Translations under genes and position numbers: made by a program
Source: Alphaproteobacteria bacterium
Lineage (GTDB): Bacteria > Pseudomonadota > Alphaproteobacteria > UBA828
Reading direction: 5' to 3'
Assembly: GCA_965214705.1 (NCBI GenBank)
Contig: CBDCCI010000002.1
Location: 512,001-576,000, forward strand
Length of the DNA: 64,000 bases
Shown here: positions 11,571 to 21,379 of the stretch, piece after piece
Layout: each line of letters begins with the position of its first letter
How positions within the stretch are numbered: the first letter of the stretch is position 1
Notes under the pieces: generated by a model
Database searches by the model: none
What the model was told of the DNA's origin: nothing
The model's input: the letters and a program-made list of their open reading frames with translations, nothing else

Positions 11571-11571
11571 A
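9145..11571 (+). CDS. Putative transposase with N-terminal HTH motifs
   Basis: 808 aa filling the IR-bounded unit; AVDGHVKVY, LVFDREG and RWSQENFFKY as a candidate D-D-E triad. Confidence 0.8.
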   Translation: MPITLPMCPPETVPIGNSCFAVLISDDSFTYFSNLNPFDSHAADDRAAMLLRIGRLAAIGAVSPLDLADAFGVSRATVQRARRRYLAEGEAAFLKPRRGRGPSVFTPELAAKATALLEGGLSGSAVARVLGVSAPSVNKWRRQGLIGNAEADRAPGSSAVPVPPDAGAAPEGRVDEGSAGALGPGTGLEAQPPTDRSARDRRDRQAPMGRAACDVPARVLASCGQTGPVEPQFTAAACGVRFGGVLAALPTLLKEGLLSETGLLPLLPKGYYGLNTILLFLAFMTLARVRNPESLRYQAPGEWGAVLGLDRCPEVKTLRRKIALMADDEAGVRAWQLALARRWQADEPALWATLAVDGHVKVYTGRKGRLPKHFVSREKLCLPASASYWVNALGGKPLLCVHKPLDPKMVAAIEADVVPALQALGIVGAGAPDLSAEQPGRPALTLVFDREGWSPDLFRRLARRGIACLTWHKNFGGEDWPASDFSAMTVPIYGPAANGSATMRLAEKPVTLTNGLRVRQIRRLLDNGRQVPLITTDPHKPMTEAAGAMVSRWSQENFFKYRRDEFNLDALPTRELEPLDPDTMVVNPLRRAYDKAVRNLDRQLGRLRNRIADAARKKRPTADLRKELRDLEGGREIVRSSRREVPTHCRAGDLDEAEQLDALPARERLLLDVIRVIAYRAETRMMLPVMQAQGRKPHPRKLLRALLTADADILPDPANGVLRVRILGLANDACDRQLDPLLAELNATETLFPGTQLRMVYDVDGAPESARLVSPKISRGQEVWVYDVDGAPESARLVSPKISRGQEV
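11421..11570 (+). repeat. Exact 75-bp tandem duplication of the transposon right end
   Basis: 11421-11495 = 11496-11570, each ending in the IR. Confidence 0.95.
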
Positions 11572-11650
11572 GGTTCAGAACGAAGCGCTCCGCTCCGCCG
11601 CCGGCCAGACTGGTTATCATGACGCAGACATGGAATTTATCCGATCTCAC
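11571..11650 (-). pseudogene. N-terminal stub of a further GT4 paralog
   Basis: VRSDKFHVCVMITSLAGGGAERFVLN, cut at the transposon end; matches the starts at 60533 and 63454. Confidence 0.8.
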
Positions 11651-12897
11651 CGTGCTCGCTCCCTCACCAGCTTTCGGAATAGTGCCTCGTAGGCGTCAGC
11701 GGCCTTCTCGGGTGAGAAGTCGGCGGCGCGAGCGCGCAGCGCTTCCTCCGTCGGCCGCGCGCCGCGCAGCGTCGCGATCAGCGCCCGCGCCAGCGCTGGC
11801 GCATCGCCCACCGGCGGCAGCTCGCCCCAACCCCCGAGGATCTCCCGCGGACCGTAGGGCGCGTCGGTGCTCACTACCGGCGTGCCGCAGGCCAGCGCCT
11901 CGAGGACCACTGTCGGCAGACCCTCCCAGCGCGAGGACAGCGCAAGCAGCCCCGCCCGGCCCATGTAGCGGTACGGGTTCTCGTCGAAGTCCACGAAGCC
12001 GAGGTCTCCCTCCACACCGTGGCCCTGCGCCAGGGACTTGAGCCTTGCCCGGTACGGCGCCGAGAGCCGGCCGAGGATGACCAGCCGCGCGTCCACCTCG
12101 CGCCTCGCCAGCCCGAACGCCTTCACCAAGGTGGGGTGGTCCTTCTGGGGCGCCTCGCGCCCGACGCTCAGGACCACCGGCGGCTCGCCGTCCGCGAACC
12201 AGGGGTGTGTGACTTCCTCCTGCGCCAGCCGCCGTATGCTGTCGGCGGGAATGGGGTTGTAGATGGCGTGAATGCGCTCGGCGTCCACCCCCAACGATCG
12301 CCGCACAGACTCGCCCACGCCCCTGGACACCGCCACCACCGCGTCGGCCAGCGGATAGAGCGTCCGGGCAGCGGCCAGCCACTCCGGCGCATAGCCCGCG
12401 GTGAGGTTAATGCGTACCGTGACCACCGTCGGAACGGCCCGGTCCGTCAACTGCGCGGCGCAGACCGCGGCGGCGTCGGCGACCCGCAGCGCCGAAACCA
12501 GCACATCGGGACGCGCCTCGCGGAGGTAACGGGTCAGAATGTGGATGGAAGCATAGAGAGAGCGCTTGCGCCGGACCCGTATGCCAGGGTGCAGCCGGCC
12601 GAGAACCAGCCCGGTCCACGCGACCTTGACCGGGTTCACGCAGAGCGCTGTTACTTCCGCGCCCGAACTTTGGACTGCCCGCAAGAACCTCCTGTCGGTG
12701 TGAGGAAGCCGTCCCCGGTACAATCGCAGGCCACGGGGAATTGCGGCCCGGTAGTCGCCCGCGAAGCAGGGAATCACCAAGTCAACCCGGTGCTCGCGCT
12801 TGATGAGCGCCCGCGTCAGACGAAGAATATTGTGCTGCGCACCGCCCCCTTCCAGGTTGGGCAGCACGAACCCGACATGGAGTCTGCCGTCGGCCAA
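11647..12897 (-). CDS. GT4 glycosyltransferase
   Basis: LPNLEGGGAQ, SVGREAPQKDHPTL, SSRWEGLPTVVLEALACGTPVVSTD. Confidence 0.92.
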   Translation of the reverse strand: MADGRLHVGFVLPNLEGGGAQHNILRLTRALIKREHRVDLVIPCFAGDYRAAIPRGLRLYRGRLPHTDRRFLRAVQSSGAEVTALCVNPVKVAWTGLVLGRLHPGIRVRRKRSLYASIHILTRYLREARPDVLVSALRVADAAAVCAAQLTDRAVPTVVTVRINLTAGYAPEWLAAARTLYPLADAVVAVSRGVGESVRRSLGVDAERIHAIYNPIPADSIRRLAQEEVTHPWFADGEPPVVLSVGREAPQKDHPTLVKAFGLARREVDARLVILGRLSAPYRARLKSLAQGHGVEGDLGFVDFDENPYRYMGRAGLLALSSRWEGLPTVVLEALACGTPVVSTDAPYGPREILGGWGELPPVGDAPALARALIATLRGARPTEEALRARAADFSPEKAADAYEALFRKLVRERAR

Positions 12898-12900
12898 CGG

Positions 12901-13300
12901 TCACGCCTTCGCAGGGCGTCGGTCACCGGCGCCGCGCACCGCCCCTATCCCGACGCTCAACCCGGCGAGAAACATGAACGCTTCCTCGCCGAGCAGATGC
13001 GCGAAGGTCATGCAGTACGGGACGATGACGATGACCCAGGCCACGGTCGCATCCCGAGCGAGCGACTTTGGCGCGCCCCATTGCGCGCGCAGCAGCAGGA
13101 AAATGGCGCACAGAAACAGAAGCAGAGGGACGATACCGGCCTCTCCCAGCAACATAATGAACAGATTGTGAGGGTCGGGCAGGTCGCCGCTATGTGTGAC
13201 GGGGGCGCCCTCCAGGTATTTCAGCGCCCTCAGACCGTGACCGAAGACGGGCGCCTCCATGGCCTTCTCGAATCCCAGCCTCCAAAGCAGCGGTCTGTCC
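12901..13300 (-). pseudogene. O-antigen ligase/polymerase C-terminal fragment
   Basis: APVFGHG and PHNLFIMLLGEAGIVP motifs followed by hydrophobic helices; 5' boundary approximate. Confidence 0.7.
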
Positions 13301-13687
13301 TTCGCCAGGGCGGCGCAGATGAAGCCGTCATCGATATCGTGGCGGCGCAGACCGTACAGCTCCCACGGCATGCAGCCCTGGAAGTCGTTATCGGCGACAG
13401 CCAGCGAGAGACCCTTGATTCCGGCCAATTCGGGCGGGACGGAACCGGTGAGACGGCACGGCAAATTCGTTCTGATTTTCGCCGCTGGCTGACGGCACTG
13501 AATCATGCTCCATCCGCTTTCGTTTGGGACCTTGCGGGGGCTGGGCACGGGATTTGGCCGCCATCGCGCCGCCGCATAGCGATGCCCTTGGCCGCGAGAG
13601 TCGAGCACGGCTTCATCTGAACATGACCGCTCGCCCCCAGCGTTCCGAGGGTTGGCGTCGCGGCGAGGGGCACGGCTGGGAGGGGGT

Positions 13688-14010
13688 CAGTCCGGCGCTG
13701 GCCGCGGAGCGACGTTGTCGGTCATTTTCAGGAAGTCGAGAACCCGCCTCGGTTTCCTGGCCAGATTGCGCATGGTCTCGGCGACAGCGAGCCCGCGCCC
13801 CTTGATGACGCCGATGGCGAAGCGCCGCAGCAGGGTCATGTTCTCCGGACCGTAGCCCGAGCGGATACGGCATCGGTCCTCGTCGAAGCTCCAGTCGAGG
13901 ATGTGATGGGCCGCCTCGATGGTCCAGTGCCCGCGATTGAGGGTGAGCAGGCGTTCCGGCGATGCGGCCTGCGCACTCAGGCTGGTGACGCCGTAAGCCG
14001 TCTCGCAGCT
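13688..14010 (-). pseudogene. ISAs1 transposase C-terminal fragment
   Basis: ETAYGVTSL..LNRGHWTIEAAHHILDWSFDEDRCRIRSGYGPENMTLLRRFAIG; homologous to the C-terminus of the ISAs1 ORF ending at 24878. Confidence 0.85.
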
Positions 14011-14013
14011 CCT

Positions 14014-14345
14014 TTTATGAGGCTGTGGAAGTCAAGGAACGAAGCCTCTGTCTACCTCATGTGGAGCCCTCCCTGGGTTGGCAGTATCTTCGGCCGCTTT
14101 CGCCGGGTCGAAACGCTTCTTGCATCGGTCGCGCCTCAAGTACGCATACCCACCTTTTATCCGGGCGGTTGTCGGCAAGGGTGTGCCGAATCCGTCCCCC
14201 CAATCCCGCTTGCTGCGGGCGCAGCGTTCCGGAGGCGGGACCCATCTCTTGCCCGGCGTATTTCAGCCCGCGAGCAACCCGGCCACACGCCACCCGGCCC
14301 AGCGCCTGCCGCGTCCGGCCGGGCTGGAACAGTGCGGTCTCGGTG
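14014..14345 (-). ncRNA. Putative bridge/seekRNA region (identical copy at 21048-21379)
   Basis: Long 3' non-coding end typical of IS1111; motifs shared with 40113-40469; 7-mer matching its own circle junction. Confidence 0.6.
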
Positions 14346-15486
14346 TCAGGCGAGCTTGGCGCCCGTCGGCACGAGACCGGTCCCGGAGAACCGCCACAGC
14401 GCGATGAGTAGCTTGCGGGCGAGCGCCACGATCATCACTCGGCGAATGCGGCCCCGAGCTCCGGCGGTGCGTTCCTCGAACCACTTGCTGAGCGCGCTGT
14501 CGGGTTGATGGCGCAACCAGCGCCACGCCATTTGGATGAGGAGGGCACGGATCCAGGCCGGACCGTCGCGGCCGATCCCCTGATCGCGTTGCACGTCCCC
14601 GCTTGCCCACGGAGCCGGCGTCAACCCGACCCAACTCGCGAGCTCACGGCGGTTGTGGAAGTCGCGGTAGAAGATCTCGTGCTCAAGCAGCGTCACGTCG
14701 TTCGCGCCGATCCCCTTCAGTTGGGTCAACGTCGCGATCTTGGCCGCCGCCTTCTCCTGGCTTCCCTCCGGGGCGACCGGCGCCGGGATAGCCTCGCCCT
14801 GGCGGGCAACCGCATCTCGCTCCGCCTCGACTTCCGCGATCTGCCGCTGCACGAGCGACAGCCGCTCCACAAGCCGAAGGATCTCCTGGCGAGCCCGCGG
14901 CGGGAACGGCGATCCATATGCGGTCACCGTGTCCGCGAACGTCTCCTCGAACCCTTTGGCGCGGGGGTCCAGGTCGAAGATGCCGTGCAGCTTCAGCAGC
15001 CCCTTGATCGAGTTGGTCAGCGAGGTCCGCTCCTTCACCAGGCGCCGGCGCTCGCGAATCAGCCGCTTGCGATCCTCCTCCTCGACGCTCGGAACCCGCA
15101 CACGGCTCAGCACTGCGGCGTCACCCCGGTCATGGGCGAGAAGGGCGCGCACCATCTTCTTCGCATCGATCCGATCCGTCTTGCGCTGCTTCGCCTTCCG
15201 GTTCACCAACAGGCTCGCCGGATCGAGCACCACCGTCTCGATGGACATCTCCCGCTCCAGCCAGCGCTCCAGCCAGAAGCCCTCGTAGCCCGCCTCGTAG
15301 CAGCACAGGACGCGCACCTCTCGGTCGAGAGCCCGTTCAGCCTTGGCCCGCTGCTTCTCGATCAGATCCCTGAGGCCTTCCGTGTCCGCCGGCCCGAGCG
15401 AGTGCAGGCCGATCTTTTCGCTGGTCGGGCTCTTGACCCCAACCACCCAGCTCTTCCGGCTGACCTCAATCGCCACGTACAGCGTG
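14346..15486 (-). CDS. IS110 transposase body (native first ~16 codons displaced to 20854-20900)
   Basis: YVAIEVS, CYEAGYEG, RKTDRIDA, GLTPAPWASG, ALARKL. Confidence 0.9.
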
Positions 15487-16510
15487 TTGAACTGAGCCGC
15501 GTTCCGCGGCGGGGTGTCTTGCCCGCCGGGTAATCGGAGTGACCTCCCCACAGCAGGCAAGTTGATCGGGGCCGTCCGCCTCAGCGCGACGGCGCAGGGT
15601 CTCAACCCGTTTCTCTCTCGTTGATCGATGGTCGTCGACCGCCTGGCCCGCAAGCAAGAGCATGGGCGTGTCTTCGTGACAGATCAGACCAAGAGGGAGA
15701 CGCCCCATGACGCCGCTTCGTCAGCGCATGATCAACGACATGACCGTTCGCGGCTTCGCCGAGAACACCAGGAAGTCCTACCTCAACTCGGTCTCCAGGC
15801 TCGCGGTTCACTACGGCCGCAGCCCCGAGTTGATCTCGGCGGAGGAAGTCCAGGAGTACCTCATCTTCCTTCACGAAGAGCGGGGGCTGGCCTGGCAGAG
15901 CTGCAACAGCGCTCGCCAGGGGATCCGCTTCTTCTATCGCATCACGCTGGGCTTGCCCGAGCCGCACTTCTATCTGCCCTTCGCCAAGACGCCTTCCACC
16001 CTGCCCGTGCTGCTCAACCAAGAGGAACTGGTGCGGCTGTTCAGCGTCACCATCAACCGCAAGCACCGGGCCTTGCTGATGACGGCCTATGCAGCGGGGC
16101 TTCGGGCGAGCGAGCTCGGCCGGTTGCAGGTCGGCGACATCGACTCACAGCGCATGTTGCTGCGCATCGACCAGGGCAAGGGCAACAAGGACCGCTACGT
16201 CCCGCTTTCGCCCCGGCTGCTGGAGGAGCTGCGCGAGTACTGGCGGCGGGTACGGCCCGAGCACTGGCTGTTCCCCAGTCGGATTCTCGGCCGGCCGATG
16301 ACGCGCAGTGGGGCCTCACGCGTTTACAATGGAGCCAAGGACAAGGCCGGGATCGACAAGCCCGGCGGGATCCACACGCTGCGCCATTGCTACGCCACCG
16401 GGCTCCTCGAGGCGGGCGTCGAGTTGCACGGTAAGCGGTACGCAGACCCCATACCGGAATCTGGCTTGACTACGACGGGGATTTCTTGAGGAGCGCCGTG
16501 AGCGCGCGAG

Positions 16511-18253
16511 TCATTTTGCCTCGGGCTGGAAGTTCCACGGCAGAAGCTCCTGGATGCCCGACTGCGGGTGGCCCTTGGCGATCTTCTCGAGCGTGCTCCG
16601 CATCCAGGCGTAGGGCTCGACGCCGTTCATCTTGCAGGTCTCGATCAGCGAGGCGATGCGGGCCCAGGCTTGCGCACCCTCGTCGTTGCCGGCGAAGAGC
16701 GCGTTCTTGGCGGTGAGCTTCAGCGGCCGGATTCGGTTTTCCACCAGGTTCGAGTCGATCTCGACACGACCGTCGTGCAGGAACTCCAGCAGCCCGTCCC
16801 ACTGGTTGGCGATATAGGTCAGCTTCTCGCCGAGACGCGAGCGCGGTGAGACGCGCGAGCGCTGCTCGTCGAGCCAGACACCGAAGGTGTTCACGATCGG
16901 CGCCGACTCCTCCCAACGGATCGCGCGGCGCTCCGCCGGCGGCTTGCCCCGGATCTTCTTCTCGATCGCATAGAGCTTCGCGATCCGATTCAGACCGGCC
17001 AGCGCGATCGGCGATGCGCTCGAGTCGTATACCTCTTTCAGCTTCCGTCTTACATGCGCCCAACAGAGGGCCCGCGTCACAGGGCCTTCCGCCCGGTCCG
17101 GCCGCGCCAGGATGTTGTGGCCCGAGTAGCCGTCGAGCTGCACCGTCCCCGAAAAGCCCTCCATAAGCTCGGCGCCATACTTGCCGCCGCGGCCGGGCGC
17201 ATAGCGATAGACGACGCCCGGCGGGTCCGTGCCGCTCCAGTGGCGCTCGTCACGCACAAGGGTCCACATGTAGCCCGTCTTCGTCTTGCCCCGGCCCGGG
17301 TCGAGAACGCGGATCGTGGTCTCGTCCAGACCCAGGTGATCCGACTTCTTCAGCTCATCCTCCAGGCAAGCGACCACGGGGCGCAGGTGAAACGACGCCT
17401 GGCCCACCCACGTCGCCAGCGTCGCACGGTGAACCTCGATCCCCGAGCGCTCGTAGATCTGCGACTGGCGATAGAGCGGGCAATGATCGCCGTACTTCGC
17501 GATCAGCACCTGCGCCAGAAGAGCCTCGGTGGGAAGGCCGCCCTCGACCAGAGCGGCCGGCGCCGGCGACTGCACCACCCCGCCCCCCTTGCACTTGTTG
17601 CAGGCGTAGCGGGGGCGCACGGTCTCGATGACGGTGAACTTCGCCGGCTCATAGTCCAGCCGCTCGCTGCGGTCCTCGCCGATCTTCGTCATCTCGCCGC
17701 AGCCGCAGGGGCACATGATCGTGTCCGGCTCGATCACCTCCTCGCGCCGGTCGACCTGGGGCCCGAAGCGCACCCCGCTGCGCGACCCCCGGGAAGAGCG
17801 CCGCCGGCGCTTGCCGCCAGCCCCCTCGTCCTGCTCCTGGTCATCTGCCTCGGGCCGACCGCCGGCTTCAGCGATCGCCGCCCAAAACTCCTCGAACGTA
17901 AGCTGGCGCTCGTCCTCGCCGAGCTTCTCGGAGCGCGGACCGAACAGCGCCTTCCTGAGCTCCTTGTTGAGATGCTCAAGCCGGCTGATCTGCTCCGCGC
18001 TCTGCGCGTTCTCGGCCTCCAGCCGTGCCGCCCGCGCTTCCGCCGTCTGCCTCGCCGCCTCCGCCGCGCCGCGTGCCTGCTCCGCTTCGCATAGGGCTGC
18101 TTCCGTCGCCCGGCGCGCCGCGCGCTCGTCGTCAAGCTCCGCATGCAGGGCCGCCAGCGCCGCCGAAACCACCGCAGGCGACGGCGAACCGGCGCTGCTG
18201 AGGGGTGAGGGCGTGACCTTCGGCATGGGCCACCCCTTAATCCGATTCGCCAA
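16511..18253 (-). CDS. tnpC: IS66 transposase TnpC
   Basis: LFGPRSEK coiled coil, Zn finger, LDET, LDGY, CWAH, NLVENRIRP. Confidence 0.95.
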   Translation of the reverse strand: MANRIKGWPMPKVTPSPLSSAGSPSPAVVSAALAALHAELDDERAARRATEAALCEAEQARGAAEAARQTAEARAARLEAENAQSAEQISRLEHLNKELRKALFGPRSEKLGEDERQLTFEEFWAAIAEAGGRPEADDQEQDEGAGGKRRRRSSRGSRSGVRFGPQVDRREEVIEPDTIMCPCGCGEMTKIGEDRSERLDYEPAKFTVIETVRPRYACNKCKGGGVVQSPAPAALVEGGLPTEALLAQVLIAKYGDHCPLYRQSQIYERSGIEVHRATLATWVGQASFHLRPVVACLEDELKKSDHLGLDETTIRVLDPGRGKTKTGYMWTLVRDERHWSGTDPPGVVYRYAPGRGGKYGAELMEGFSGTVQLDGYSGHNILARPDRAEGPVTRALCWAHVRRKLKEVYDSSASPIALAGLNRIAKLYAIEKKIRGKPPAERRAIRWEESAPIVNTFGVWLDEQRSRVSPRSRLGEKLTYIANQWDGLLEFLHDGRVEIDSNLVENRIRPLKLTAKNALFAGNDEGAQAWARIASLIETCKMNGVEPYAWMRSTLEKIAKGHPQSGIQELLPWNFQPEAK

Positions 18254-18319
18254 TGCATGACCAGGGAAAAGTGCAGGCGGGACCGCGACCGAAATCTGCG
18301 GCCCCGCCTGCGTGCCGCC

Positions 18320-18670
18320 TCACTCCGCCGCCAGCGGGCGGCGAACCGGGCGGGCCTTCACCCGGCGCCAGTCCAGACCCTCGAAGAGGGCCTCGAACTG
18401 GCCCTTCGTAAGGCGCATCACACCATCCTCGATCCGAGGCCAGGCGAAGCGGCCCTGCTCCAGACGCTTGTAGGTCATCACCAGACCGCTGCCGTCCCAC
18501 GCAAGGAGCTTGAGCCTGTCGCCGCGGCGCGAGCGGAAGATCACGATCACCCCGGAATAGATATCGAGGTCCAGCTCCCCCGCCGCCGTCGCCGCAAGCG
18601 CGTCGTGGCCGCGACGAAAATCAACCGGCCGCGTCGCCAACACGATGCGAAGCGAGGGGGCCGCGATCAT
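18320..18670 (-). CDS. tnpB: IS66 accessory TnpB
   Basis: PVDFRRGHD..RRGDRLKLLAWDGSG..KRLEQGRFAWP. Confidence 0.92.
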   Translation of the reverse strand: MIAAPSLRIVLATRPVDFRRGHDALAATAAGELDLDIYSGVIVIFRSRRGDRLKLLAWDGSGLVMTYKRLEQGRFAWPRIEDGVMRLTKGQFEALFEGLDWRRVKARPVRRPLAAE

Positions 18671-19122
18671 GACGACGCCCGGCCCAGGCCCGAGGCCACC
18701 GCAACAATCCGATCGACCGCGCTCTCCACCGGAAGGCGAACGACCACGCCTAGCGCCTCGATCGCCACCGTCCGCTCGGACGTCACGCTATCAACCACCA
18801 CGGGAACAAATGGCGGTGCAGAGCCACCAATCCGAGCGCCCGGAAGAGTTCCCTCCCGCGCGCGCCGCCGCCACTTGGTCAGGGTCGTATCGCTGACGCC
18901 ATGGCGGCGCGCGACCGCCGCAACCGAAGAGCCCGGCTCAAAGCTCTCCGAGACAATCCGCGCCTTCTCATCGTCCGGCCAGCGTCGCATGGGGGCCGGC
19001 TCAGACGGAGCCGGGGCGGCTCCCTCAGAAGCTGGGATCTCAACCGAAGCAACAGCGACACCGTCGCCAGATGCCAAAATCGAATCTGTCATCGCGATCT
19101 CTCCTGTGTGGCTCGTGGTCAA
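18667..19122 (-). CDS. tnpA: IS66 TnpA (HTH)
   Basis: RRWPDDEKARIVSESFEPGSSVAAVARRHG. Confidence 0.88.
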   Translation of the reverse strand: MTTSHTGEIAMTDSILASGDGVAVASVEIPASEGAAPAPSEPAPMRRWPDDEKARIVSESFEPGSSVAAVARRHGVSDTTLTKWRRRAREGTLPGARIGGSAPPFVPVVVDSVTSERTVAIEALGVVVRLPVESAVDRIVAVASGLGRASS

Positions 19123-19324
19123 GGCGGAGAGTCAGCCCCGAAATCAGATCCGCTGGAAGTATGGGGGCCCGATACCGCTTACGTTGCACGTTATCCAACG
19201 CCGCCTCGGGCACACCTCCATCCGCTCCACCATGCGCTACCTGCACCTGGCCCACGACAAGACGTCGGCCACACCGTCTCCTCTGGACCTGCTGGAGTTC
19301 CCGCGTCCCGCCCAGGCATGACCG

Positions 19325-20542
19325 GTGGCCTGCCACCCTCCAGCGCCGGCCAAACGGCCGGCGCTGGAGGTTGCGGACATCCTGCGCGAGCGCGGAGATG
19401 CCTACGGTGAGACCCATCGGCTCTCGGCCCAGCAGCAGAGGGTCATCGACGCGCTGGTGAACTGCCGCACCGCCGCGCTCGGAGGATTCAAGGCGGAATG
19501 CGATCACTGCGGGGCGGTGAGGATCCAGTACGCCTCGTGCCGCAACCGTCACTGCCCCAAGTGCCAGACCCTCTCGCAGACCAGATGGGTCGAGCGTCAG
19601 TGCGCCGACCTGCTCGACATCGACTACTGGCATGTCGTCTTCACATTGCCCCACGAACTCAACCCCGTGGCCCAGGGCAACCCCGCGCTCATCTACAGCC
19701 TGCTCTTCAAGGCCGCCTCCCGGACCTTGCTGGAGTTCGGCCGCAATCCCCGCTGGCTCGGCGGCGAACTGGGGATCACCATGGTGCTGCACACCTGGGG
19801 GCAGAACCTGGGACAGCACATCCATGTCCACTGCATCGTCACCGACGGCGGCCTGAGCCCGGACGGACAACGCTGGCTCAGCCCTGCGCGCAAGGGCTTC
19901 CTGTTCCCCACGGCCGCGCTCTCGAAGGTCTTCCGCGGCAAGTATCTCGACTTCCTCGACACCGCGCACCGCGACGGCGAACTGCGGCTGCAGGTCGCCG
20001 GCGGCGGCGACGACAGCCGCGAGTTCGAGTGTCTGAAGACCGCGCTGCGCTCGCACGACTGGGTGGTCTACACCAAGGCCCCGTTCGCCGGCGCCGAGCA
20101 CGTTCTGGCCTACCTCGGGCGCTACACCCACAAGAGCGCCATCGCCAACCACCGCCTCGTCGACTACGACGGCGAGCATGTGCGCTTCCGCTGGCGCGAC
20201 TACGCCGACGGCAACAAGGTCAAGGTGATGCGTCTCGACGCCGACGAGTTCATCCGCCGCTTCCTCCTGCATGTCCTCCCGCGCGGCTTCACCCGCCTGC
20301 GCCACTACGGCTTGCTCGCCAACCGCTGCCGGGCTCGCAAGCTCGCCCTGTGCCGGGACCTGCTCGGCCAGCCCGCCCCCGAACCGCGAGAGCCGGAAAC
20401 GACGCAGGAGATGATGCTGCGACTGACGGGGATCGACATCACCGTGTGCCGGCAGTGCGGCGAGGGAACGCTACGGCAGATCCTCATTCTCGAGCCGCAG
20501 CCCCAAGCAGCGATGCAGGCGACGAAGACCCGACCGCCATGA
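19325..20542 (+). CDS. IS91-family Y2 HUH transposase with Zn-binding domain, intact
   Basis: CRTAALGG..SCRNRHCPKC, HVVFTLP, HIHVH, YLGRY, FIRRFLLHVLP. Confidence 0.93.
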   Translation: MACHPPAPAKRPALEVADILRERGDAYGETHRLSAQQQRVIDALVNCRTAALGGFKAECDHCGAVRIQYASCRNRHCPKCQTLSQTRWVERQCADLLDIDYWHVVFTLPHELNPVAQGNPALIYSLLFKAASRTLLEFGRNPRWLGGELGITMVLHTWGQNLGQHIHVHCIVTDGGLSPDGQRWLSPARKGFLFPTAALSKVFRGKYLDFLDTAHRDGELRLQVAGGGDDSREFECLKTALRSHDWVVYTKAPFAGAEHVLAYLGRYTHKSAIANHRLVDYDGEHVRFRWRDYADGNKVKVMRLDADEFIRRFLLHVLPRGFTRLRHYGLLANRCRARKLALCRDLLGQPAPEPREPETTQEMMLRLTGIDITVCRQCGEGTLRQILILEPQPQAAMQATKTRPP

Positions 20543-21379
20543 CGATGCGCCAGAGCCGAACAAGGTCCGATGACAGCCCGCCGGTCACCGCGCTGCGGTC
20601 GCTGCCGAGCACGCTTCGTGCCGTGCAGCGGCGGAACATCGTCGTGAGCTGCTGCACAGACGCGTCGCATTCTGCCGAGTTGAGATTCAGAGTGCCGGCG
20701 CCTCCAGGGAGACCAAAAAGCTGTACCGCTTCGGTCTGATTGACTTCCAAGCAGCGGTTACTTTCCCCATAGCCCGGCACCACGGCCGTGCCGCGCGGCT
20801 CAGCTCAATGCCTTTATCGGTCATGCTGCGCACGACCGATAAAGGCCAATTCATCATGCTCCGCCTCGGCCGGCGCAGCGGTCTCGTTCAATGAGGACAT
20901 ATCGTGTCTCCTTATGAGGATTGGTCAGAACGGCACCGTAGCGCCGGTCTTCGAGTCGCCTCATAGGATCTCTTGGGGTGCGTGACGCCGCGCCGGACAT
21001 GAATGGCCGGGCAAACGCATCGGCTTTGTTCGTGAGGTCCCGCACCTTTTATGAGGCTGTGGAAGTCAAGGAACGAAGCCTCTGTCTACCTCATGTGGAG
21101 CCCTCCCTGGGTTGGCAGTATCTTCGGCCGCTTTCGCCGGGTCGAAACGCTTCTTGCATCGGTCGCGCCTCAAGTACGCATACCCACCTTTTATCCGGGC
21201 GGTTGTCGGCAAGGGTGTGCCGAATCCGTCCCCCCAATCCCGCTTGCTGCGGGCGCAGCGTTCCGGAGGCGGGACCCATCTCTTGCCCGGCGTATTTCAG
21301 CCCGCGAGCAACCCGGCCACACGCCACCCGGCCCAGCGCCTGCCGCGTCCGGCCGGGCTGGAACAGTGCGGTCTCGGTG

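Larger units (their letters stand above)
16431..19182 (-). mobile_element. IS66 copy 1 (2752 bp)
   Basis: gtaagcggta ends; 8-bp TSD gttgcacg. Confidence 0.95.
15707..19321 (+). pseudogene. XerD/IntI-like tyrosine recombinase split by IS66
   Basis: MTPLRQRMI..YAAGLRASE..GKGNKDR..HTLRHCYAT | IQRRLGHTSIRSTMRYLH. Confidence 0.9.
15487..20853 (+). mobile_element. Tyrosine recombinase + IS91-type transposase element (variant C)
   Basis: Removing 15487-20853 restores the IS110 frame ...AEHD-TLYV with no TSD; 5' ttgaactgagccgcg is inverted at 20794-20808. Confidence 0.8.
14014..20971 (-). mobile_element. IS110-family (IS1111 group) element carrying nested insertions
   Basis: Subterminal IR atgagg 3 nt from one end (14017) and cctcat 7 nt from the other (20959); RBS+ATG at 20900. 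Confidence 0.8.

Noticed and set aside
18320-18670. tnpB as an RNA-guided nuclease
   Set aside because: This is the small IS66 accessory TnpB, unrelated to IS605 TnpB
15707-19321. Integron
   Set aside because: The recombinase lacks an evident IntI-specific insertion, and no attI or cassette array is seen
20875-20891. gcggtctcgttcaa as the right end of variant C
   Set aside because: It lies within the IS110 native N-terminal codons; frame restoration puts the end at 20853
20911-20971. 61-bp mini-IS1111 (atgagg...cctcat)
   Set aside because: Better explained as the left end of the 14014-20971 element; the inner repeat overlaps the RBS of the native ATG at 20900
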